DNA from: Phaeosaccion multiseriatum
Taxonomy: Eukaryota; Protista; Ochrophyta, other classes
Length of the DNA stretch: 64,000 nucleotides
Assembly (NCBI GenBank): GCA_965112735.1
Contig: OZ218956.1
Span: 3,224,001-3,288,000, forward strand
Direction of reading: 5' to 3'
Under the pieces are notes generated by a model, which worked only from the letters and a program-made list of their open reading frames with translations, had not been told where the DNA came from and did no database searches. Shown piece after piece: positions 51,130-61,057 of this stretch. Positions within the stretch are counted from its first letter, which is position 1. Every line of letters begins with the position of its first letter. Both the position numbers and the translations under genes were made by a program.

Positions 51130-51672
51130 ATGCCCACGAGCGCAGCAGGAGAGCTGCTGGCGGCCAAAGTCACCGCCAATGTCGCCTCGCTGGAGACCTT
51201 TGCCGCGCAGCTGGAGGAGGCCACGGACGTGGCATGTGGCTTGCTGGAGAAGGCACAGCAGCAGCAGACGGGGCACGGCGAGCCGGACGAGGCCAACATT
51301 GCCTCCGTCTCCAAGGCATGGTGGGGGCTCTACTGCAGATTGAAGGACGATATCATGACCGTCACAACGGGAGAGGTAAGTCGCCTCGTGTGTGGGCTTG
51401 TCTGTGCTGTTGTCTCTTGCCTTGTGCCGCAGCAACCTTTGGCGATGAGTTTCAAACGGCCTCGTGTGCTGGGGATGGGTTGGTGCGCCATGCCCTTTGA
51501 AGCGTTGCTGGTGGTGTGGCTCCTATCTGACTGACTGACTAACTGGATGACTGACTGACTCACTGACTCACTGAACAGATTCGGCACCGCGACGACGCAT
51601 TCAAAGCGCAGCGCACACCGGACACGGGCAAAGTCCCCACGCACAAGAATGATAGAGGTCTCCTGCGCACAG
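51130..51672 (+). CDS. Small hypothetical helical protein, at least 2 exons (51130-51375, 51579-?)
   Basis: ATG at 51130, non-repetitive helical sequence, gtaagt donor at 51376 and cag acceptor ending 51578. 3' end unresolved. Confidence 0.45.
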
Positions 51673-52560
51673 GTGGGGAGGGGGGGGGGGGCAGCGAATA
51701 TGGGGGAGAGGGGTGAGGGAGGAGGATTCTAATGGGTGGGGGAGGGGGGAGGGAGGGAGATGCAGACACGGCCAACACGGAGAGAAAGCGAGGCTGATGG
51801 ACAGGGGCTGCGGAAGGGAGTCGAGCCCCCCCGAGGGGATCTCTGACCATCCCCCGGTGAGGGTGGCACACGGACCAAGCCAGGCGTACATCTATGAGTC
51901 CATTCGCCGGTGAGTGTGCACGAGGGTAGGTCGCTTGGTTGTGCCTAGCGGGTCAGGAATGAGAGAGCGAGAGAGAGCTAGAGAGAGAGAGAGAGGGAAG
52001 CGAGATTGTCTATTCCAAATGATGCGCCGATCGAAAGCCCCGAGCTCGTTGAAAGACCACCACGGGACCCTCGGACGGATTAGGCGCTAGAGCAAAGGAT
52101 AGTTCGACTCGCAGAGGAGACCAAGGAACGGTGTCCTCCTGCCCGCTCATCTTGAGGATGACGGAGGGAGGGAGCTTGACCCGAGTCTCCTCTGTGGGCT
52201 CGGCTGCGGCCATGCAGGTTTCTATTGCACGAGAATGACGCATCTTGGGACAAAGGCGGCGCGCTACATTTTTAGTTTGTTTTGTTTTGTTTCTTTCTCC
52301 TGCGTGAGTGTGTGTGTGCCCACGAATTGCCCCCTCTCTCTACACACCTACATGCCTACTGTATCGACTTCGATACCATGTCCTCACTTGGATATGACAG
52401 GAGACGTGGTGATGTGATGAGAGGTCCTAACCGCACCACCCACCCCACTCGACTCGCACTCTTTTTTGTGTCTGTCCTCCCCCGTTGTTCTCTCTGACCC
52501 GTCTCCCAACTGATTGTGCAGGCAAAAGGAACAGAGAGAGAGAGAGGGAGAGCGAATACT

Positions 52561-52600
<40 letters not shown>

Positions 52601-52625
52601 CACTCTTTGGACAGAGAGGCGCCCT

Positions 52626-55600
52626 ATGGACGAAACACAGCTGGCGCACCATCCCCTCTATCCTGGTGCCTCCTCAGCGAAGAATGACTTGAGACGTACG
52701 GAATGTCGTGCTTACTTCTCCTCCTCTCCCCCCCCCCCTTCCCCTTAGGCGAGTCGCTGGACCATCTCCAAGTGGCGTCGGACAAGAAGCTTCGTGTCAC
52801 CACATGGGACGCCCTCGACAAACGGGTGAGGAGAAGAGAGAGGGCGAGAGAGAGAGAGAGACGTGTGTCTGCTTGCATGGAGACAAATGGAAAATGCCGT
52901 ATACGTAAATTTCGCCGCCGTGTCTGTAATGTGCTGATTCAAGGACCGGAGTGAGGCGACCCATTTGGCTTTCAGTGCCACCCCCATTCTCTTTTCTCTT
53001 CTCGCAGCGCCTACATTGCCCTCGTCCTTGCTGGCGTGTGCTCATCTTTCCCAATCTACCCCCCTCTGCCCGTGGCCTAAACGCACCGTCCATGTCTCCG
53101 CTACGCGTGTGCTATGCCCACTTGTGCCCCCCTTTTTACGATCGCAATGGTAGGTAGCTGCGGTGGTGGAGACTCTGAAAGGTCTGAGGGAACAGATTTT
53201 GAAGCTGCGGCGGCTGAAGATGAGCAAGTACGGGGAAGAACGACAGTTTCTAAAACGCTCTGGGAAAGGAGGAGGGGCGACTTTGTTCCACCTCGGACGA
53301 CCGTGTATCTCTATGGGTACTTGCATATGCAAGGGCATCAGTAGCAGTAGCAGCAGCAGTGGAGGAGGAGGGGGAGGAAAGGACCCTGTGGCGGTGGTCA
53401 AGGCTGCGGTGGTGGAAGGCAAGCGGGGCAGAGCAGGCGACGACGACTCACCAGGCAAGAAGCAGCAGGAGCAATTGGTGATAGAGCAGCGGCATAAGCG
53501 CCAAAAGACAGCGCTAGGAGGAGGAGGAGGAGGAGGAGGAGGTGGCGGTGGTGATGGTGGTGGCTCTAGGGGTGTGAAGCGTGGACGGTCACCCTCGTCC
53601 ACAGGAGCAGCAGCTGGTGATACAAGCGAGGAGGCGTTTGGATATGACACGGTCAGTTGCGGTGGCATTACGAGAGCCTTTGGAAAGAGCGCAGATGCCA
53701 TGGAGGAGGCAGGCAATTTGCTGCGGTCAGAGGGCCAGCAACTCAGAGAAACGCCCAGGGAGCCGTGGGCTCGTGCGGGGAGGAGCCTGGGGCTGGGCGT
53801 TAGGGGTGGAGGGGGAGAACAAGGAGGTAGTATTCGCAAGGAAAGGGGTAGTAGTAGAAGTGGTGGTGATGGTGGTGGTGGTGGTGGTGGTGGTGGTGGT
53901 GGTGGAGGAGGAGAAGGAGGAGGAGGAGAAGGAGGAAACGACGGCAAGGGGCCCCACTTTGGTGCAATGATGTTGTCGGAGGCAGAAGAGGGAGATGTGG
54001 TGGAGGAGGAGGATGAAGATGAAGATGAGGAGGAAAGAGCGCGCTTTGACTTGCTCGGCCCCTATGAGAAGGCCATGGAGATGGAGGCAAGAGGAAGATT
54101 CGACAAGGCCCTACTTTGGCATATGCGCGAGCTGGAAGAGGTGAGAGAGGTACGGGAGGAGCGGAGGGCGGAGCGGCAAGAGAAGAAGGAGAGAAAGAGG
54201 GCGGCGAGGGAGGCGGGGGTGGAAGGGGGGTTGGGGGGGAGGAGGATAAGGAGGAGGAGACGGCAGCAGCAGAAGGGGGTCAGCGAGAGGAGGACGAGCA
54301 AGAGGAAGAAAGGGAGGAGGAGATGGAGGAGAGGGAGACCTACTTTGAGGAGGCCATGAGTCTGCGTCGCATGGGGGTGTGCAGGATGCACCTGGGGCAG
54401 CACGATGAGGCGTTGGTTGCGTTAGAGGAGGCCCTACAGAAGAGCTGCCTCTCACGCGCACCCGCAGAGGAGGAGAGAGCTAGGACGGATCTGGGCAACT
54501 TGTGGATGGGGCGCTACTATTTCAAGCTCGACCAAGAGGAAGGGCAAGGGCAAGAAGAAGGAGGAGAGGGGGACTGCGCAGGGAAGAGACGTGGCGGAGG
54601 GGGCAGCACCAGCAAGGAAAAGGAAGAGGCGGAGGAGATGTCCAGTGGGGGGTGCTTACAAGAGGCCACAAGACACTACTCCGAGAGCCTGGCTCTGTGC
54701 ATGACATCCGACGACAACGACCGCGATCCAAATGGCGACGACAGAGGTGGTCATGGTGGTAATGGCATGACCGCGACTGCCACGCTGAGAGCACACTTCA
54801 ACATGGGCCATGCCTACATGTGTGCGGAGGACGACCGCTCAAATGGCGACGATAGTGATCATTTGGACCGGGCGGTGCGGTCCCTAGAAGCTGTGTTGTA
54901 TCACCACTTGTTGCTGACCGAGAGGAGGTTGAGGGGTGCGCTTGATCACGGGGGGAGGACCGAGCTAACTGAGGTGGAGGAGGATCTCATCCCTTCCACA
55001 CACAGCCGGCTGGGCAGCTGTTACGCCCTGCAGCACCAGCAGCAGCAACAGCAACAGCAACAGCTGATGAAACAGCAGCAGCAGAAGCAGCAGCAAGACC
55101 AACGACCACACTGGCATGGGGGCGGGGAGCAAGGGCTGGGGCAAGGGCAAGGCCAGCAGCCACCGTGGTCGAGTAAGGCGGACAAGTCCTTGCAGCGAGC
55201 CATGGAGGCCTACCAATCCGTCAACACTCGCCTGGAGATGCGAATGAGGCGTGGTGGCAGCAGCCCCAGCCAAGCCCAGCACGACGGGACGAACGAGTTA
55301 TGGCAGTGTATGGCAGAGGTGGAAGTAAGTAGAGCGGACCTACGTTTGCCGTACGCACTTTGGTCCTCCTCTAGCGCTAGCGGCGGCAAACAACAGCGTC
55401 AGGGTCAGGGCCAGGACCAGGGTCAGGATGAGGGTTCAGCCCAGAAGGAGTGGGGCAAGAAGGCGTTTGACGAAGCGAGGGGTCTATATAGAGCTGCGCA
55501 GCGGAGGCTCAAGTATCTGCCGGCAGACGGCGAGGGGCTGGCAGGCCTGCGGGAGAGGGCCGCGGACGGGCAGATGAAGCTCAACATCCTCGCCTCTTCG

Positions 55601-58018
55601 TCATCTTCATCGTCATCTGTGAGGGGGGGAGCGGCCTCGGCAGGACTCTCACGGAGCAGCAGCAACAGCAGCAGTGGAAGTAGCAGGAGCAGCAGCAACC
55701 CCCACGGTCCTCGACATCCTCCCCATGCTGCTGCTGCTGCTGCTGCTACAAGCACAAACCCCCATCTGCTTTCGGAGGCTGTGAGCCGCCGACGGAGAGC
55801 AGAGCTGCTGCTGCACCGGAATCGGGGGCCAGGCTTTGCCGCTTTTGGGGCCGCCAAAGGAGCGTCACTTCGCCCCAAAGGCTTCTGCGTGGCTCAGTCT
55901 GGCAGATGGGGGCGGCGACAGACGAAGAAGAACGGCATCGGGGCCTCTCAAGGAGCAGGTTTTGTTTCTTTTGGTTCGGGAGTCCGGCGACGGCCACTGG
56001 CGCCGATTCCGACTCATTCTCTCCGAGCCCAGCCCCAGCAACAGCAGCAGCCGGGGGACATGTTCCCGAGGGGGCAGGCGCCGGGTCGGTTCGGGAGAGG
56101 GAAGAACGAGAAGGAGGAGGAGCAGCAGCAGCACATTGATTTCGGCCCCCCTCCGACGTGGCTCGGCCCTCTCTTGCGCATGGCTGCGTCCGGCAGGAGA
56201 GAAGGAGACCGAGCGCAGCAGCAGTTGGTGATACAGCAGCAACAGCAGGGACAGCAGCAGCAGGGACAGCAGGAGGAGGTGCAGCGCGGAAAACAACAAC
56301 AGCAGCAGCAGCAGCAGCAGCAACAACAACGCGGACAAAACCAGCGGCATCAGCAGGGGCATCAGCAGGGACATCAGCAGCAGCAGGAGCGGCACCGGCA
56401 GCAGCAGCAGCAACCGCAGCACCACAGCTCAGGGCAGTCAACGCCTGCGTCTCTATCTGCAGCATTCCCCTCTTCTTCCTCATGTGGTGCCCCACCGAGC
56501 CGGAGGCCAGCAGAGGAGCCCTCGTCCTTCGGCAACGCCCTTTCGGCGCTGCAGCAGCTGCGGCAGCTCGACCTTTGTCTCCCCCCAGCAGCAGGCCGGA
56601 TGCAGCAGCAGCAGCAGCAGCAGCAGCAGTTGGTGATACAGCAGCAGTGCAGCGGGAGGGCGTGTCCAGCCACGGCCACTCCGGGGAGACGCTGTTCGCC
56701 GAGTGCGCTGGAGGCGGAGGACTGGTGGGATCGGAAGAGCCCATGGTGCAGCTCCTATGTGGAGGTGGTGCGACGGAGGAGGGGCGAAAGAGGTGACGGT
56801 GAGGAGGACGAGGGGGAGGAGAAGGAGGGGGACGAGGAGGAGGTGAACCCCTTCGTGCTGCAACGGTTGGGGGAGCTCAGTCGACAAGAGCAGCAACAGA
56901 TACAGCAGAGGGCAGCAGGAGCAGAAGCGGCAGCATCGCGGAGCGTGGGCCTGGGTCTTGACCTGAGCGAGTGCTTCCTCCACGTGGGGACTGACGTACC
57001 ACGGCTCACCACCGCCCTTACCACAGTCCTGGAGCTACAGCAACAGTTGGTGATACAGCAGCAGCTGGTGACCCCGCCTGCTGATGCTCCATGCGCTGCC
57101 ATCACAAGCCTGAGTCTCCGTGGCGTCCAAGGCTTGCTTCCCTCCCTGTTGGCCCCCCTCGTCACCCTCCTACTACCGACGCTGGAGGAGCTAGATTTGC
57201 GCGACTGTGGCCTCAGAGCGGCGGATCTGACCGCTCTCCAGGCCCCTGCTGGGGATGGGAATCAGGATGGGAATCAGCCCCCCGGGGACCAGCTGTTGCC
57301 ACTGCCCTTGCGGGTGCTCAAGCTCAGTCACAACCCACTGAACCAAAGGATAGCAGCAGCAGTTGGTGATACAGCACCAGCAGCAACAGCAGGCGAGGTA
57401 CCAGAGCAGGCAGAAGAAGAGGCCCTGGCCGGCTGCTCCGCTCTGGCGGCTCTTGTGGGCAGGGCCCCTCGCCTGCAGCGCCTGGAGCTGGCCTCTTGCG
57501 TAAGGAGGTTCGGGTGGGACGGAGGCCCATGTGAAACCACCACCACCACCACCACCACCACCTGTGACACCACCAGCACCACCAACACCAGCAGCAGCAG
57601 CAACAGTAGAAGGAGTGTCGAGGAGGGTGTAGAGTTGCCGCTGTCACCGCCGAAGCAGAGCGAGGAGGGAGTGCGCTGGGTGGCTTGGCGTTACATCGCT
57701 CATGTGGGGACGGCTCTGGTACGGTGTATTGGAGAGGGGCTTCAAGCACGGCAGCGGCAACAGTTGGTGATACAGCAGGAGACGTGCGGCAGCAGAGAGG
57801 GGCGCGGCCTTGTGTTGGACTTTGGCAGGAACTACATGACGGAGGATGCCTTGTTGGAGCTGAGAAGGGAGGCTACTGCGGCGATATCACCCTCGCCAGT
57901 TGATGTTGGTGTTGATGACAGCGCTCATGGAGGGGTGGAACTGCTCTTGGAGGGTTCGAGGCTGTGTGCTGCTGTGCAGGGGGGGCTCAGCATAGACACG
58001 GACCGGATGGAAGATTGA
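52626..58018 (+). CDS. Tonsoku (TONSL/TSK)-like TPR + LRR protein; exons 52626-52695, 52749-52825, 53154-58018 with one frame break near 54233-54239
   Basis: N-terminal TPR-like helices (GRFDKALLWHMREL; LRRMGVCRMHLGQHDEAL; EEERARTDLGNLW; RAHFNMGHAY), a disordered middle, then LRRs (LDLSECFL, LEELDLRDCGL, LRVLKLSHNPL, LQRLELASC, LDFGRNYM). Confidence 0.68.
56222..57776 (+). repeat. Five exact copies of the dispersed motif CAGTTGGTGATACAGC inside the Tonsoku-like CDS
   Basis: Copies start at 56222, 56627, 57044, 57360 and 57761; further exact copies at 9681 and 23806. Confidence 0.9.
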
Positions 58019-58176
58019 CAAAATTGTGTCGCCTATCTCGCCTGTCGTGACCTTATGCTATTTATCAAACACCATGCATGGAGTTGATATCGAAGCTTCT
58101 GTGGCCCAGGCCAATTTGGAATGTCGTCCGGTCTAAAGAGAGTCGTAGGTCCTCGGCTTATTTCAAGGCCGCCTTG

Positions 58177-58361
58177 TCAACCGCTGATGCACTATCCGCT
58201 ATCCGCTATCGCCGGCGCCAGCCAGCTTTGGGGGGGAGTTGTGGGGGCGTGCTATCCGCTATCGCCGGCGCCAGCCGATCTGCTATCCGCTATCGACCGG
58301 CGACCGATAGCGCGCTATCGAGAATGTGGGATAGTCGAGGATAGTGTATCAGGGGGCGTGA
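58177..58361. mobile_element. Second, longer and more diverged copy of the GATAGCG-type MITE
   Basis: Matches the reverse complement of 12453-12549 (TCAACCGCTGATGCACTATCCGCTATCCGCTATCGCCGGCGCCAGCC...GCGCGCTATCGAGAATGTGGG...GATAGTGTATCAGGGG) with internal duplications. No TSD visible. Confidence 0.75.
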
Positions 58362-58538
58362 AAATAGCGCCAATAAACGGAAACTGAAACTGCTGATTTC
58401 TCCCGCTGACTCCTCCAAATCCTCCTCCTCCCTTTTTAGATCCTTTTTATGCTGTGCAGAGAGCAATAGCACCCTTATCTATCTAGGCGGGGTTGAGTTT
58501 GTGAACCTTGACCTCCTTAGGATGAAGGGTCTTGTCCT

Positions 58539-60533
58539 ATGAAGGGTATCACGAGAAACACAAACGCGTTGTGTTTCATTTCATGTGACACACCAGTTGT
58601 TGCTCTCAGAAGCTCGTGGGAAAGATGGGTCTCTGCTCCCATGCACCCTTCTGTTGGAAAGAAAATCCTCCCAGCCCCCGCATATGTTGAGCGGGGATCG
58701 ACTCACTTATTGCACCTCCTAGAGACCAGGAGCAATGTTGATACATCAGGGCCGCGTCAGGGACAAGGTGGTAGTAACAGTGAACGAGGTCGGCAAATAG
58801 CGTTGAACAAGAACATCCGGAGACTGGGAACTATGCGCGACTGGCGGGGTGTGGCGAAAGAGGTGGAGAAGGCGCGAGGAGCGGGGCTGATGAACGTAAT
58901 TTTGTATACCACTTCGATTACTGCGGTTGGGAAAGCCGGGCGATGGAAGGGTGCGCTTGCTCTACTCGATGAGATGCGAGATGGAGGGATTGATCCCAAC
59001 GTCATCACGTACAGCTCTGCAATTACTGCTTGTGGCAATGCAGGAGAGCACGAGAAGGCGCTGGGCTTGCTGGAGGAGATGCGGAGGGAAGGGCTTCAGC
59101 CCAATGAAATCACGTATGGCTCTGCGATGGCTGCTTGTGGCAAGGGGGGGCAGTACGAGAAGGCGCTTGTCCTGATGAAGGAGATGCGAAGGGATGGTAT
59201 TCAGCCCGATGTCATCACGTACAGCTCTGCGATTACTGCTTGTGGCAATGCAGGAGAGCACGAGAAGGCGCTGGGATTGCTGGAGGAGATGCGGAGGGAA
59301 GGCCCTCCGCCCAGTGTCATCACGTACAGCTCTGCGATTGATGCTTGTGGCAAGGCAGGGCAGTACGAGAAGGCGCTTGGCTTGCTGAAGGAGATGCGGA
59401 GGGAAGGGCTTCAGCCCAATGAAATCACGTACAACTCTGCGATTAGTGCTTGTGGCAAGGCAGGGCAATACGAGAAGGCGCTCGCCTTGCTGGAGGAGAT
59501 GCGGAGGGAAGGGCTCCAACCCGATGTCATCTCGTACAGCTCTGCGATTGATGCTTGTGGCAAGGCAGGAGAGCACAAAAAGGCGGTTGAATTGCTTGAG
59601 GAGATGCGGAGGGAAGAGCTTCTGCCCAGTGTCATCACATACAGCTCTGCGATTGATGCGTGTGGCAATGCAGGAGAGTACGAAAAGGCCCTGGACTTGC
59701 TGGAGGAGATGCGGAGGGAGGGGCTTCAGCCCAACGAAATCACGTACAACTCTGCGATTTTTGCGTGTGCCAAGGCAGGGCAGTACGAGAAGGCGCTGGA
59801 CTTATTGAAGGAGATGCGCAGGGAAGGGCTTCAACCCGATGGCTTTACGTACAGCTCTGCGATTCCTGCTTGTGGCAATGCAGGGGAGCACGAGAAGGCG
59901 CTGGACTTGCTAGAGGAGATGCGGAGGGAAGGCATTCAACGCGATGTCATCACATACAGCTCTGCGATTGATGCGTGTGGCAATGCAGGAGAGTACGAAA
60001 AGGCGCTGGACTTGCTGGAGGAGATGCAGAGGGAGGGGCTTCAGCCCAATGAAATCACGTACAACTCGGCGATTAGTGCTTGTGCCAAGGCAGGGCAGTA
60101 CGAAAAGGCGCTGGACTTATTGAAGGAGATGAGGAGGGAAGGGCTTCCACCGGATGTCATCTCGTACAGTTCCGCGATTTCGGCTTGTGGCAAGGCAGGA
60201 GAGCACGAGAAGGCGCTGGACTTGCTGGAGGAGATGCAGAGGGAAGGACTGCAGCCCAATGAATTCTCGTACAGCTCTGCGATTTCTGCTTGTATCAAGG
60301 CAGGGCAGCTCAGCACTTCGCTTGCCTTGTTTTCGGAGATGCGCAGGGAAGGCCTTCAACCCACTGAAGTCTCATACAACTCTGCAATTTCTGCTTGTGC
60401 CAAGGCAGGGCAGCTCAACAAGGCGCTTGCTTTGTTTAAGGAGATGCGCACAGAAGGCATTCAACCCAATGCAGAGACCTACAGGGCCGTCATCCATGTC
60501 CTGTACAGGGCACGAGCGAGGGAGCTTGGCTGA
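58539..60533 (+). CDS. P-class PPR protein (~15 near-identical repeats), intronless, paralog of 10307-11884
   Basis: 105-bp tandem units; shares the lead-in (ERxRQIxL..I..LG..RDWRGVAK..AVGKAGRWKGALALLDEM) with PPR gene 1. Start codon uncertain. Confidence 0.93.
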   Translation: MKGITRNTNALCFISCDTPVVALRSSWERWVSAPMHPSVGKKILPAPAYVERGSTHLLHLLETRSNVDTSGPRQGQGGSNSERGRQIALNKNIRRLGTMRDWRGVAKEVEKARGAGLMNVILYTTSITAVGKAGRWKGALALLDEMRDGGIDPNVITYSSAITACGNAGEHEKALGLLEEMRREGLQPNEITYGSAMAACGKGGQYEKALVLMKEMRRDGIQPDVITYSSAITACGNAGEHEKALGLLEEMRREGPPPSVITYSSAIDACGKAGQYEKALGLLKEMRREGLQPNEITYNSAISACGKAGQYEKALALLEEMRREGLQPDVISYSSAIDACGKAGEHKKAVELLEEMRREELLPSVITYSSAIDACGNAGEYEKALDLLEEMRREGLQPNEITYNSAIFACAKAGQYEKALDLLKEMRREGLQPDGFTYSSAIPACGNAGEHEKALDLLEEMRREGIQRDVITYSSAIDACGNAGEYEKALDLLEEMQREGLQPNEITYNSAISACAKAGQYEKALDLLKEMRREGLPPDVISYSSAISACGKAGEHEKALDLLEEMQREGLQPNEFSYSSAISACIKAGQLSTSLALFSEMRREGLQPTEVSYNSAISACAKAGQLNKALALFKEMRTEGIQPNAETYRAVIHVLYRARARELG

Positions 60534-60722
60534 TGGCTTGTGGGAGAGGGGCAACGAAGGAAACGTATGGACCAGCACGAGCAGTCGGAGTGGATCACCG
60601 GGCGAAGCCGAGGTAGCGTGGACGGCGTCAATATGCTCAAGCCTGTGGTACTGGCGTACCTCAGCGATGAGCTCGGACTCTACACCACGGAGCAGCCTGA
60701 ACACAGCAGCTAGGGCCGTGTG
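60534..60722 (+). pseudogene. Frameshifted, internally deleted Smr remnant of PPR gene 2
   Basis: Out-of-frame ITGRSRGSVDGVNMLKPVVLAYLSDELGL aligns at DNA level with the remnant at 9962-10120; the DLHG and KAALRY segments are missing. Confidence 0.75.
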
Positions 60723-61057
60723 AGTTCCAGGGCAGAACAGGAATCAACAGAGAGAGAGAGAGAGGAAAAAGGAGCGAAGATCATTGCCCAACTCTCGGCA
60801 GCCTGAGCAACTTGGCTAGCCGGGCGGCCTGACCACCTGCGATGTTAAATAAACTTAAGATATGTACATGTCTGAGGGAGGGGGGGGGGGAGGAAGGGAA
60901 GGAAGTTGAGCTCGACAACAAGGGATTTGCTGACTTGGTGGCAGTTTCATTTGCTCCATTTCCGATTGCTCCCTCCTCAAAGCGAAGGAGTACGCAGAAA
61001 ATATAACAGCAGCAGCAGCAACAGCAGCAGTGGGAGTCCAGAAGTGGCAAAATAGGA

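Noticed and set aside
42095-58018. PDS5 and Tonsoku-like as a functional genome-maintenance cluster
   Set aside because: Two neighbours separated by another gene is compatible with chance; no shared regulatory evidence.
58900-60480. Regularly spaced repeats resembling a CRISPR array
   Set aside because: The units are 105-bp in-frame PPR codons with no unique spacers and no cas genes; the context is eukaryotic.
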